In this document: positions 9,152 to 18,723 of the stretch, in pieces | How the letters are laid out: each line of letters opens with the position of its first letter | Numbering within the stretch: the stretch's first letter is position 1 | Origin: a candidate division Zixibacteria bacterium SM23_81 | GTDB taxonomy: Bacteria; SM23-81 | Assembly (NCBI GenBank): GCA_001304015.1 | Contig: LJUY01000010.1 | Location: 14,840 to 78,839, forward strand | Length of the DNA: 64,000 nucleotides | Reading direction: 5' to 3' | Program-made: the position numbers and the translations under genes | The notes under the pieces: generated by a model | What the model saw: only the letters and a program-made list of their open reading frames with translations | What the model was told of the DNA's origin: nothing | Databases searched by the model: none

Positions 9152-12054
9152 GAGCCCCCCTCCAAATACATCACCATAGCGCTTCTCCCAGGGACGCGAG
9201 CCTTACCCTTTGAAAAAACACGGGAGCCCGTTTTCACGGGATTCTCCCCGGCTTCATCCTCATCAACCGTCACCACCCATTTGCCCTTGGGAAGGCTGAA
9301 GGTCATCCGGCCCTCGTTGGGATTGAACAATAAAATCACCTGGCTCCAGGCATCGCCGGAGCTTCCTTTGGTCAGCCGGTAGGCAATGCACCGAGGCGGC
9401 ACAGGGATGCCCAGGTGATCGTCGAAGAATTTCAGGTTGTCCAACACCTCTTGACGGATCTTCATCCGGAAAATGGGGTGGGCTTTTCTCAGGGCGATAA
9501 GACCACGATAATAATCGAATACGTCGCGGTGATCCACCTTCCACTGCCAGCGGATCTTATTCACCGCATCGGGCTTGTTATAGCTGTTGTAATCTCCCCC
9601 TTTGGTGCGCAGCATTTCCTGGCCGGAGTGGATGAAGGGAATTCCCTGAGAGGTCAACACCAGGACGGCTCCCATTTTGTCCATCCGAATCCGATCGGCG
9701 TCGCTGATATCCGCTTGTCTCTCCGTGGTGATCTTCAGGCGGTCCCAAAAGGTCCGGTTATCGTGGCAAGCCACATAGTTCAGCGTCTCCAATGGGCTAT
9801 CGGTGAAATCGTTGATGCTGCCCTGGATACCCTTCTTAACCCGATCGATATTAATACCCGCCTGAACGTAACCCGGATTCAGGTCGAAGACCCCTCCCTT
9901 TATGGCGTCTCGAAAGTGATCGCCGAAGACGGAGAAGCCCCTGCCTCTCTGAGTGCCCTTCACGGTAGGCGTAATGGGTGTCTGTCCAGCTGCCCAGGGC
10001 TCCCCATGAATGAGGAGATTTGGATCTATGGCTCGCAACTTTTGGGTTAGCTGGACCATGGTCTCCAGATCAATCAAACCCATGAGATCGAAGCGAAAGC
10101 CATCTACCTTGTAGTGCTTCACCCAGTACTCCACCGAATCCAAAATGAACTTACGGACCATGGGCGCCTCCGAGCGGCACTCGTTCCCCGTCCCAGAGCC
10201 GTTCCAGTAGCTTCCGTCCTCCTTCAGCCGGTAGTAGTAGCCAGGTACCAGTCCATTGAAGCTGAAAATCTTGGCGGGGCTGGTTTCGGCGGTGTGGTTG
10301 TAAACAACGTCCATAACCACCTTGATACCATTCCGGTGCAAGGCGTCCACCAGCCTCTTGAACTCCTCCACACGCGCGGGGCCAAACCTTTGGGTGGCGT
10401 ACCAGCCATCGGGGGAGTTGAAGTGCACCGGCATGTAACCCCAATTATAGGCATCGCGAGACTCGTCATTCTCGAAATCCTGAATGGGCATAATCTGGAC
10501 AGCGTTTACACCCAGCTCCAACAGGTGATCCAGGCCGGTCTTGATCTCAGAGTTCCCAGGCATGGTGGTGCCTTCCTCCGTCAGTCCCAGATACTTCCCC
10601 TTGTGTTGGATTCCGGAGTGCTCGTCGATGGTGAAATCCCGGATGTGCAACTCGTAGACGATGGCCTCGTCTATACCGAATTGAGGCCCATCGGCCACCG
10701 GAGTCTCGTCGTGCAGGATCAGACCGCGTCCGTTGTGAGCGGTATTACACTGGGAGTAGGGATCGATGAGCTCTCTCTGGAGATCAAACCGCGGGTCACC
10801 TCCCTGCGCCTTCAGGGTGTAGTAGATCCCCCGCAGATCTTCCTGAACGGTGACCTCCCAGAGGCCGTTTGCTGCGGGAGACATGTCCACCACCCGAGCT
10901 TCGCCACCCACAGCTTGCTCATAAAGCAGCACCTGAACCTGAGATGCGGTGGGAGCGAAGACGCGGAACAGAGTTCCCTGGGTGGAGACGATGGCGCCCA
11001 TGGGCATGTCGGAGATATAGGCCGAAGAATCTAAGATACCACGGATAGTCAAGTTGCCTGAACGATAGCCCTTTGCGGAGACAGTGAATTTGTCAAGTTG
11101 ATCCCTGCGGAGCTCAAAGGGGCGACTCAGCGTCACCTTGATCTCTCGCGCCGCGGTGCCCGAGGGCGGTTGACCTTCAACCTTGAGGATGGGGATCTCT
11201 TTCCCCTGAGCGTCATTGATGGAGAATCGCTGTGCCTTGATATCCTTTGTATCCATACCCTTGGAAAGGGAGACCACCACCTCAGCCGGTCCATCCACGA
11301 ACCCCCCTCTAATCCAGGGGGAGATGTCGGGCCGCTCCGCATGAAGTTCGGGATCACCGCTGACGATCCACACCTCGTCCCCCATGAAAGGAAACCACAC
11401 CCGGTCCGGCGCATCTTTGTTGATCCAGTTGCCGAACTTGGGCAACAGGCCAATCCTGGTGCCGTTGCCATAATCTTTCTTCGTCACGCGAAAGACGAGA
11501 CCATAGTCGTCCTGATCCACCGCCTGCAGTTCACGAGAATCTTCCTCAGTCTTGTCGTCCCAGGTCCACAGGGTCCAACCCTTATAATCACTCTCGGGGC
11601 GGTGGTAGTGAACCGTCAACGTCTGTCCACCCTTTTCTTGGGTCATACTCATGTCCGGCTTCTCCGATAGTAGTTTTGGATAACCTGTTAGGATCCACAC
11701 CTCATCGCCCATCTCTGGAGCCCATATGCGGTCCGGAGGGTCCTTGCTCTCCCAGTTGCCAAACTTGGGCAACAGGCCTATTTGAGTGCCATCCCCATAG
11801 TTCTCTTTAACGACTCGAAAAATCAACCCGTCCACGCCCTGATCCACCGCAGTCAGCTCCTGCGAATCTGCCTCCGTCTTATCGTCCCAAGTCCACAGGG
11901 TCCAGCCCTTATAGTCCCCCATTGGCCGAAGATAGTGAACGACCAGGACCACCTCCTGCCCGGCGGTCTCCAAAACAGCGCTAAAATAGAAGGCCCCGGC
12001 AAGAGCCAGCAGCAAGGCACCGGCCACACGACCAAGTCGTTCTTTTTGGCCCAT
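9148..12054 (-). CDS. pulA: Type I pullulanase
   Basis: 968 aa with a signal peptide. Two HY.RP..DYKGWTLWTWDD pullulanase-associated N-modules are present, as is the YNWGYMP signature. GH13 regions are VMDVVYNHT, GFRFDLMG, IHGEPW and YVACHDN. Confidence 0.85.
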   Translation of the reverse strand: MGQKERLGRVAGALLLALAGAFYFSAVLETAGQEVVLVVHYLRPMGDYKGWTLWTWDDKTEADSQELTAVDQGVDGLIFRVVKENYGDGTQIGLLPKFGNWESKDPPDRIWAPEMGDEVWILTGYPKLLSEKPDMSMTQEKGGQTLTVHYHRPESDYKGWTLWTWDDKTEEDSRELQAVDQDDYGLVFRVTKKDYGNGTRIGLLPKFGNWINKDAPDRVWFPFMGDEVWIVSGDPELHAERPDISPWIRGGFVDGPAEVVVSLSKGMDTKDIKAQRFSINDAQGKEIPILKVEGQPPSGTAAREIKVTLSRPFELRRDQLDKFTVSAKGYRSGNLTIRGILDSSAYISDMPMGAIVSTQGTLFRVFAPTASQVQVLLYEQAVGGEARVVDMSPAANGLWEVTVQEDLRGIYYTLKAQGGDPRFDLQRELIDPYSQCNTAHNGRGLILHDETPVADGPQFGIDEAIVYELHIRDFTIDEHSGIQHKGKYLGLTEEGTTMPGNSEIKTGLDHLLELGVNAVQIMPIQDFENDESRDAYNWGYMPVHFNSPDGWYATQRFGPARVEEFKRLVDALHRNGIKVVMDVVYNHTAETSPAKIFSFNGLVPGYYYRLKEDGSYWNGSGTGNECRSEAPMVRKFILDSVEYWVKHYKVDGFRFDLMGLIDLETMVQLTQKLRAIDPNLLIHGEPWAAGQTPITPTVKGTQRGRGFSVFGDHFRDAIKGGVFDLNPGYVQAGINIDRVKKGIQGSINDFTDSPLETLNYVACHDNRTFWDRLKITTERQADISDADRIRMDKMGAVLVLTSQGIPFIHSGQEMLRTKGGDYNSYNKPDAVNKIRWQWKVDHRDVFDYYRGLIALRKAHPIFRMKIRQEVLDNLKFFDDHLGIPVPPRCIAYRLTKGSSGDAWSQVILLFNPNEGRMTFSLPKGKWVVTVDEDEAGENPVKTGSRVFSKGKARVPGRSAMVMYLEGGS

Positions 12055-12105
12055 TTTTTTCTTCCTCCCGGCAGGAATCCCAAGAAAAAGGCTCAGGCTG
12101 GAAAT

Positions 12106-13389
12106 CTACTCCTTATAACCACGCCAGCCATAAGAGATGTAGCGTAAATCCTCCAGCCGGCCTTCCCTGAGATTAACCAGCACGTAACCCTCAGGCCAAC
12201 TGCTGCCTGCAATACGGTGATCCCCCCGCCACCACCCTCCGCTGATCGCCCCTCCTGTGACGAAGGTCATGTCGTGCTCGTTGGTGGTCCAGCGGGTGAC
12301 CTCATAATTGTGATGATGACCCGCCAAAGCCAGGATAACACGGCGATCGGCTAAAACCTCATTGATGACCTGGGAGGCATTATTAACCACATGAGTGTAA
12401 CTGATCGCCTCGGGGTCATCCAGCTTGTAGTTAACAATCTGCCATTGATTATAGCCCGCGAAGGTGAGGCCGATGCTGACAAAGGGGATATGGCTCACCA
12501 AAACGATAGAGGCCTCATCGGGAACCATCTCCAGGTCCTTCTTAAGCCATTCCAGCTGCTTCGGTCCTACGGTGCCGTAGTAGGTTCTGACGGTGTCTCC
12601 CTCAGAGTTTCTCACCTTGGTGACGCCGATGGTGTTGAGTATCACAAAATGATAGGATCCGTAATTGAAAGAGTAATAGTCCGGTCCCAGATATTCCCGA
12701 TAAAGACCGACGCCATAAAGGGGATCGTCTTCCTCCACGACGCAGGGATCATCGCCTACCCCTTCCAGATATATCCCGAACAGCTCGTGGTTGCCCAGGG
12801 CGTTAAACAGTGGCACCCTCAGCTGAGAGATCAGCTCCTGGTAGATGCGATACTGAGCTCTGCTCTTGTCCTCGCAGGCCCTCAAGGCGTCCATGATCAG
12901 GTCACCCCCGGAGATGATAAATGCTGCCTTCTGGCCGTTCATATGGTCGACGGCGGCCTGCAAGCCCGCCACAGCGTTGTATTTCTCCGCAGGGGTCACG
13001 TGAGAGTCGGTGAAAAAGAGGAAAGAGAAGGTGTCTGACCAAGGGTGCTTGACCAGGGGGAAATCGATGATATCCCCATTGTGATGAGCGCGAAGCTGTT
13101 CGAAAAAATCGTTGTGGGCCAGATACTCGCCGGGCAGAGAGACGAAAAGCACTCGTGAGCTCTCCGTGGACAGTCGATACCGGCCCCACTCATCAGTGAG
13201 AACCACCCCCATGCCGTCAGACAGCACCACATGAGGCAAGGTACTCTCATCTGCGTCCAAACGACCATTGGCGTTAGCATCCTCGAACACGATGCCCGAG
13301 ATGTCTAAAGGAACGGCGCCCAAGCCTTGGACACAGAGGAGCAATCCGATGAGCGGCCCTGAGAACCAACCGATTTTGAAATGAGCCAA
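12106..13389 (-). CDS. Secreted calcineurin-like metallophosphoesterase
   Basis: Motifs FLFFTDSHV, GGDLIMD, GNHE, VSHIP and GHHHNYE are present. They follow an SGIVFEDANANGRLDADE...TDEWGRYRL N-domain and a signal-like helix GWFSGPLIGLLLCVQGLGA. I start the gene at TTG 13389, which has AAGGGGG 5 nt upstream. The ORF track extends the same frame to 13887 (see finding). Confidence 0.6.
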   Translation of the reverse strand: MAHFKIGWFSGPLIGLLLCVQGLGAVPLDISGIVFEDANANGRLDADESTLPHVVLSDGMGVVLTDEWGRYRLSTESSRVLFVSLPGEYLAHNDFFEQLRAHHNGDIIDFPLVKHPWSDTFSFLFFTDSHVTPAEKYNAVAGLQAAVDHMNGQKAAFIISGGDLIMDALRACEDKSRAQYRIYQELISQLRVPLFNALGNHELFGIYLEGVGDDPCVVEEDDPLYGVGLYREYLGPDYYSFNYGSYHFVILNTIGVTKVRNSEGDTVRTYYGTVGPKQLEWLKKDLEMVPDEASIVLVSHIPFVSIGLTFAGYNQWQIVNYKLDDPEAISYTHVVNNASQVINEVLADRRVILALAGHHHNYEVTRWTTNEHDMTFVTGGAISGGWWRGDHRIAGSSWPEGYVLVNLREGRLEDLRYISYGWRGYKE

Positions 13390-13638
13390 CAGTACCCCCT
13401 TGTCAACGGTTATTTGTGAAACTATCGGCAAGGCCGACACGATGGTCTTTCTGCATCGATTTGTGAGGAGGTCCAGGATATTGTCGCTTGAAGAGACGAG
13501 AGTTGTGGCACCAAGCCATTTGATAGTGATAACCACGGAGTGGAGAACTCTGGGCTGCCAGGCCGTGAAGATCTTGCGTCGGAGCGGGTTATTCTCTCGC
13601 TTCCGAACGGATGAACCTGTGCGCAACTTAGAAAAATC

Positions 13639-13667
13639 AATATACTTTTGGCTAAAAGTAAAGTCAA
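13639..13667 (-). promoter_or_regulatory. Candidate sigma70 promoter inside the 577-bp cysK/phosphoesterase gap
   Basis: Minus strand reads TTGACT (13662-13667), a 17-nt spacer, then TATATT (13639-13644). Confidence 0.35.
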
Positions 13668-13900
13668 GATAAAATGGCATCGGCGTAAGGCCGGAATTGT
13701 AGGTTGGATTACGTACAGTAAACCCACAAAAGCTCCTGCAGCGAGTTCTCCCATTTTTCATTGTCAATAAACTTCGAAATACACCTATTATGAAATCATT
13801 TGGAATGGGATTGATCGCTGGACCGTGGATGATAGCATCCCCAGCGAGCAAGGAATAATCGCTATCGCCCATCTTTATTGACGCCAAGGCTATTCCCCAT

Positions 13901-13930
13901 AAAAAAACGAGCCGAAACTTGCCGGCTCGT
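13901..13930 (-). terminator. Rho-independent terminator after cysK
   Basis: Minus strand: ACGAGCCG / CGGCTCGT form an 8-bp stem (13907-13914 / 13923-13930), followed by TTTTTTT. Confidence 0.6.
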
Positions 13931-13966
13931 CTGGGTATGTTCTCTAATCTCTTACCGAAGTAAACG

Positions 13967-14905
13967 TTACCCTATCCCTTTCTCCTCGAATAACTCCGTG
14001 CTCAAATACCGCTCACCGGTATCGGGCAAGATCACCACGATGAGTTTGCCCTCATTTTCCAGCCTTTTAGCCACCTCCAGGGCAGCCCAGGCTGCTGCCC
14101 CAGAGGAGATTCCACAGAGCAGACCCTCTTCCCTTGCCATTCTTCTGGCCATCTGCGCTGCATCTTCGTCCCTCACTGTGATGATCTCGTCGATCAACTC
14201 TGGCCTAAGCACGTCGGGCACAAATCCCGCCCCAATTCCCTGGATCTTATGAGATCCCGGGGAACCTCCGGAAAGAACGGGAGATCCCTCCGGCTCCACG
14301 GCAATGGCCCTGAACTCGGATTTTCTCTCTTTGATGACCTCTGCCACTCCGGTAATGGTCCCCCCTGTGCCCACCCCGGCCACCAGGATATCTACTTTCC
14401 CGTCTGTATCGCGCCAAATCTCCTCGGCCGTCGTCTGGCGGTGAATTTTGGGATTAGCGGGATTCCTAAATTGCTGAGGCACATAAGAATTGGGAGTTTC
14501 CCCAGCGATTTGCTCCGCCTTTTTCACCGCTCCCGACATCCCCTCTACCCCGGGAGTCAGGAACAGTTGAGCGCCCAAGGCCACCAGCAACCTCCTTCGC
14601 TCCAAGGACATGGTATCCGGCATGGTTAAAATAAGCTGGTAACCCCGGGCGGCACACACGAACGCCAGGGCGATACCGGTGTTGCCACTGGTAGGCTCCA
14701 CGATAACCGTACCCTCTTTGATGAGTCCCTTTTGTTCAGCATCCCGAATCATGGACAGGCCGATCCGGTCCTTTACCGAGGACAGGGGATTGAAGGACTC
14801 CAGCTTGGCCACAATCTGTGCGCCAAGCCCTTCCGTCACGCGGTTTAAGCGCACCAAGGGTGTATTGGCCACCAGCTCGGTGATATCCCGGGCGATTTTG
14901 CCCAT
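13967..14905 (-). CDS. cysK: Cysteine synthase A (O-acetylserine sulfhydrylase)
   Basis: 312 aa with the PLP-lysine motif [10 protein letters not shown] and the glycine loop [12 protein letters not shown]. Collinear with CysK over its full length. Confidence 0.9.
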   Translation of the reverse strand: MGKIARDITELVANTPLVRLNRVTEGLGAQIVAKLESFNPLSSVKDRIGLSMIRDAEQKGLIKEGTVIVEPTSGNTGIALAFVCAARGYQLILTMPDTMSLERRRLLVALGAQLFLTPGVEGMSGAVKKAEQIAGETPNSYVPQQFRNPANPKIHRQTTAEEIWRDTDGKVDILVAGVGTGGTITGVAEVIKERKSEFRAIAVEPEGSPVLSGGSPGSHKIQGIGAGFVPDVLRPELIDEIITVRDEDAAQMARRMAREEGLLCGISSGAAAWAALEVAKRLENEGKLIVVILPDTGERYLSTELFEEKGIG

Positions 14906-14967
14906 CTTCTCCTCCTGCTCGATGAATAAAGGATTCCAGATCCATTTATTTGACTCAGAGAGACGCG

Positions 14968-15318
14968 TTACTTGGCGCGCAGCATGGTCAAAAACATCTT
15001 AAACCGCTGCGGCGCCTTTACGGCATGGGGCACGTCTGCGGGCATGATGACCAACTGGCCCGCTTCGGCGAATACTGACCGGCCACCGATGATCAGCTCA
15101 GCTTCGCCGTCCAGGATCTGCACAACGGCATCAAAGGGGGTCGAATGTTTGCTCAAGCCCTGCCCCGCGTCAAAGGCGAACAGGGTCATGGTGCCAGCAT
15201 CATTTTTGGCCAGCTGGCGGCTGACGATGGAACCTGAGGCATATTCGATAAGGCCGGCCAGGTCTATGGCTTCCCCGGCCGGTATCTGGCCTGCTTCTTT
15301 ATTGCCAGGTTGGGACAT
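14968..15318 (-). CDS. Cupin-domain protein
   Basis: 116 aa. Single cupin barrel pattern ([26 protein letters not shown]...[11 protein letters not shown]). Confidence 0.6.
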   Translation of the reverse strand: MSQPGNKEAGQIPAGEAIDLAGLIEYASGSIVSRQLAKNDAGTMTLFAFDAGQGLSKHSTPFDAVVQILDGEAELIIGGRSVFAEAGQLVIMPADVPHAVKAPQRFKMFLTMLRAK

Positions 15319-15378
15319 AGTCTATCCTCCTTCGGGAAAATCTCTGTAGACGATTTCATGAACGGTGGCACTCTGGCA

Positions 15379-16569
15379 TCAGGCTTTCTTCGTTGCTTTC
15401 CCCACCTCTCGACCAAAGGACCGGCAGGCCTCCAAATCCTCGGCTCGAGGTTGCCACTTACACTTAATTCCCTCCCGAATGACGGGAATCTTGGCCTGAT
15501 CGAGCTGCTCCTCTATGACCTTGACCCCTTCTCCGCTCCATCCATAACAGCCAAATGCAGCTCCCAGTTTGTTCTTAAACTTAAGACCTTTCAGATCGTA
15601 CAGCAGTGGCGCGATAGTAGGCAGAACGCTGTTGTTCAGAGTTGGCGATCCGACGACGACTGTTTTTGCCCGAAACACCTCTACCAACAAGTCATTGCGA
15701 TCGGTCACCACGGCATGCAAGATCTTGTGATCTACACCGACATCTGTCAATCCATCGCCGATGGCCTCCGCCATCCTCCGAGTACCATCCCACATCGTAT
15801 CGTAGATGACGACTGCCCGCTGCTCAGGTCTCTGAGCCGCCCATTCCTGGTATTTTTTTACGATCTGCAGAGGATCCTTTCGCCAGATAATCCCATGACT
15901 GGGACCAATCATATCCACGGGTAGGCTCAGGGCGAGAACCTCATCGATCTTCTTGGTCACCAGGTCGCTGAAGGGAGTTAATATGTTGGCGTAATATTTG
16001 TGAGCTTCCTCGTAGAGCTCCCCTTGGTCAACTTCATCGTTGAACCGATACGCTGAGGCATAATGCTGGCCAAAGGCGTCGTTTGGCAATAAGATATTGT
16101 GTCCGGTGAGGTAAGTGAACATGCTGTCTGGCCAATGCAGCATAGGCGCTTCCACGAATATCAGCTCGTTCTGGCCGATGGAGATATTATGGCCCGTTTT
16201 CACCGCCCGAAACTTCCAGGGCTGATGAAAATGACCCTCGACGCTCTCAGCCCCGCGCTGGGAAACCACCACGGTTGCGTTGGGCGCGTGTCGCATAACC
16301 ACCGGCAGGCCTCCTGAGTGATCCACTTCGGCATGGTTGGCGACTACGATGTCGATTTTGGATGGGTCAATAATCTGGCGGATGTTCTCCACCAGCTGAT
16401 CCGCAAAGGGACCCCACACTGTATCCACCAACACGGTCTTTTCATCCCTGATAAGGTAAGCGTTGTAAGTAGTACCTCGATGCGTGGACAGCTCGTAACC
16501 GTGAAAGTGCCGTATCCCCCAGTCGACAGCTCCTACCCAATAGACGTTCTTCTTTACTTCCGCGATCAT
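15379..16569 (-). CDS. fprA: Flavodiiron protein (FprA-type O2/NO reductase), copy 1
   Basis: 396 aa. The metallo-beta-lactamase-like domain has the diiron motif ANHAEVDHSG. The C-terminal flavodoxin domain contains VVIYDTMWDGT. Confidence 0.85.
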   Translation of the reverse strand: MIAEVKKNVYWVGAVDWGIRHFHGYELSTHRGTTYNAYLIRDEKTVLVDTVWGPFADQLVENIRQIIDPSKIDIVVANHAEVDHSGGLPVVMRHAPNATVVVSQRGAESVEGHFHQPWKFRAVKTGHNISIGQNELIFVEAPMLHWPDSMFTYLTGHNILLPNDAFGQHYASAYRFNDEVDQGELYEEAHKYYANILTPFSDLVTKKIDEVLALSLPVDMIGPSHGIIWRKDPLQIVKKYQEWAAQRPEQRAVVIYDTMWDGTRRMAEAIGDGLTDVGVDHKILHAVVTDRNDLLVEVFRAKTVVVGSPTLNNSVLPTIAPLLYDLKGLKFKNKLGAAFGCYGWSGEGVKVIEEQLDQAKIPVIREGIKCKWQPRAEDLEACRSFGREVGKATKKA

Positions 16570-17738
16570 GACTGGTCCCCCTTATATAATGGCGATAGTA
16601 TTCTCAGTCGTTCGATTGTCTCCTTAACGGCCTTTGTGATGAGAGGGATTTGTTTCATGGTGTTTGAGCGACCCAGGGTTATGACCATCGACCCATGAAC
16701 CTCCTCGTGTTTCAATCCCAAGGCCAAGAGCACATGAGAAGGCTCTAGCGTCTTCGAGGAGCATGCTGACCCTGTGGAGACCTGAATATTGTACCCCATA
16801 TCCATGTTCAACACGATGCTCTCACCCTCTATGCCGCTGAAACGAAAACTGACATGATGTGGAAGCCTCTGAGCGGGATGGCCGGTGAGATAGGCCTGGT
16901 CGATTTTCTGTATCTCCTCAATAAGCTTGTTCCTTATCGTTTTAAGCCTGTTAGTTTCCTGCTCCATCTCGTCCTTCGCGATCCTGGCCGCCTGACCCAT
17001 TCCAGCAATGGCGAAGATGTTCTCCGTGCCCGACCTGAGCCCGCGCTCCTGTCCGCCACCGGGAAGGACGGTTTGCAGCTTGATGCCCTTCTTGATATAC
17101 AACGCCCCAGCCCCTTGGGGTCCGTAAAGATCGTTCGATGACAGGGTCAGCAGGTCAATTCCATCTTTTTGCACATCTATGGGGATACGCCCAGCAGCCG
17201 CTGTGGCATCAACATGAAAATAAAGCCCTCTTTGGTGCACGATTTCGCTGATCTCCCCGATGGGTTCGACGGTCCCGATTTCGTTGTTGGCGTACATGAC
17301 GGATGTCACCGTGGTCTCTTGGCTGACCATCTCAGAGAGTCTCTCCGCCGAGACGATGCCGGTCGCATCCACCGGTATACGGTTCAGCTGGAAGCCGCTT
17401 TTCTGCAGCTCCTTCATGGGATTGAGGACGGACATATGTTCTATTGCGCTGGCGCCGATCTCTTTCCCCTGCGCCATATTCCTCACAGCGGCCCCCTTGA
17501 TGGCCAGGTTGTTCGCTTCTGTTGCTCCGCTGGTGAAGACAATGCATTGCGCCTCTTCAGCGTTGATGAAGTCGGCGATCTTTCCCCTGGCCTCTTCCAC
17601 GACCTTTTTGGCCTCTGAGCCTACCGAATGGGTGGATGAAGGGTTGCCGAACCCTTTTCGCAGAAAAGGTTCGGCAAACTCCCACACCTTAGGATGGATG
17701 GGCATCGCGGAGGCGTGATCTAAGTATATCGCTTCCAT
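16566..17738 (-). CDS. NifS/IscS-like class V aminotransferase-fold protein lacking the PLP lysine
   Basis: 390 aa, collinear with IscS (TSGATEANN, FHVDAT, RSGT, and the catalytic-loop STGSACSS). The SGHK(I/L)YGP motif reads SSNDLYGP instead. I confirmed this on the DNA (tcatcgaacgatctttacgga). Confidence 0.8.
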   Translation of the reverse strand: MEAIYLDHASAMPIHPKVWEFAEPFLRKGFGNPSSTHSVGSEAKKVVEEARGKIADFINAEEAQCIVFTSGATEANNLAIKGAAVRNMAQGKEIGASAIEHMSVLNPMKELQKSGFQLNRIPVDATGIVSAERLSEMVSQETTVTSVMYANNEIGTVEPIGEISEIVHQRGLYFHVDATAAAGRIPIDVQKDGIDLLTLSSNDLYGPQGAGALYIKKGIKLQTVLPGGGQERGLRSGTENIFAIAGMGQAARIAKDEMEQETNRLKTIRNKLIEEIQKIDQAYLTGHPAQRLPHHVSFRFSGIEGESIVLNMDMGYNIQVSTGSACSSKTLEPSHVLLALGLKHEEVHGSMVITLGRSNTMKQIPLITKAVKETIERLRILSPLYKGDQS

Positions 17739-17759
17739 AATCTTCGCGTCTCCCTTTGT

Positions 17760-18122
17760 TTAAAACCACATGGTTGTCCCTGCCTCCAGGGCAAGATCGT
17801 TCAGAGTCGCAGCACCTACGATTTTGACATCTGGTATCAGGTCCACTTTGTCCCAACCCAACATCTGCTTGGATGCCTCACAGACTAAGATCTCAATTCC
17901 CATGTCCAGTGTTTTCTTCATCAGCTCCATAACGGAGGGAAAGGATCCCAGCTTTATGTTATCGGCTGCACCCGGCTTCAGTATTTTCAAGCCTTGGCCC
18001 AAATAGTAGATTTTTGGATTGAGATCCATAGCCTTGGCCGTCTGGGCCAACACCAGAGGAGAATACTGCCTCTCTGGCTCGTCGCTGGTCTGCACATAGA
18101 GGATTAACTTTTCGTCTTTCAT
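17760..18122 (-). CDS. DsrE/DsrF-like sulfur-relay family protein
   Basis: 120 aa. The size and pattern (ILYVQTSDEPER...ILVCEASK) match DsrE/F-like proteins, and it lies next to tusA. Confidence 0.55.
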   Translation of the reverse strand: MKDEKLILYVQTSDEPERQYSPLVLAQTAKAMDLNPKIYYLGQGLKILKPGAADNIKLGSFPSVMELMKKTLDMGIEILVCEASKQMLGWDKVDLIPDVKIVGAATLNDLALEAGTTMWF

Positions 18123-18200
18123 TTCTGCGCTCCTTGCTTGTTTTTCTCTCTCATATATTACAGTAACAGAGATAGGTGGAAAGATGACTATCGTTTTGCC

Positions 18201-18443
18201 TCATTTCGTCTTTCGTATCAAGAAGGTCAAGATTGGCCCCTCTTTTTCTAACTTCAAGATCTCATTCCCAGTCCTCTTGGCCCATCGTTTGATATCCTCC
18301 TCCGCCGCAGGATCATCCGCCTCCACCTTTAACACCTGCCCTACATCGATCTGGTCTATTTTCTCCTTGGTCATAAAGATCGGCATGGGGCAGTAGAGGC
18401 CAACACAATCCAACTCAGCATCAGCATTGATGTCCAAATCCAT
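18201..18443 (-). CDS. tusA: TusA/SirA-family sulfurtransferase
   Basis: 80 aa with the diagnostic LDCVGLYCPMP (CPxP) motif. Confidence 0.8.
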   Translation of the reverse strand: MDLDINADAELDCVGLYCPMPIFMTKEKIDQIDVGQVLKVEADDPAAEEDIKRWAKRTGNEILKLEKEGPILTFLIRKTK

Positions 18444-18557
18444 GAGAACCCCCTTTGTCTCGCAGTTTACCTATTCGACCCTTAAATGACGCTTTTCCTT
18501 TTAGCCTGAATTATTCATAAGATTCGATTGATCCTTGAAAACCCGAGACTCGTTAAA

Positions 18558-18645
18558 CGTGATTCGTGATTCGTGAAGAACCGCTTCCTGCCTCCCATCT
18601 TTTCTGCCAACTGCCAACGCTTCTCTTACTGCCATTGCCATTGCC
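18558..18645. repeat. Clustered short tandem repeats upstream of the tusA operon
   Basis: CGTGATT occurs twice in tandem followed by CGTGAAG (18558-18578). CTGCCAA occurs twice (18604-18617). TGCCAT occurs twice followed by TGCC (18630-18645). Confidence 0.5.
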
Positions 18646-18723
18646 TTTATCCTTGTCCGCAGAAGCAGATGTTTCTGCAGGACACAAAGAACATTTATGA
18701 ATAGATCGGCTTAGGTCCGCCCT

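Noticed and set aside
13440-13640. Resemblance of the minus-strand sequence to the c-di-GMP-I (GEMM-I) riboswitch core (CGCACAGG..., GACGCAA..., CACUCCGUGGU).
   Set aside because: The conserved GGCAAAC segment and the GNRA tetraloop/receptor pair are not present, and the spacing differs. The matches are short enough to be coincidental. An Infernal scan would be needed to revive this.
18600-18650. TGGCA-rich repeats (TTGGCAGTTGGCAG, GGCAATGGCAATGGCAG on the minus strand) as a sigma54 promoter.
   Set aside because: No arrangement gives the required GG-N10-GC spacing with a TTGC -12 element.
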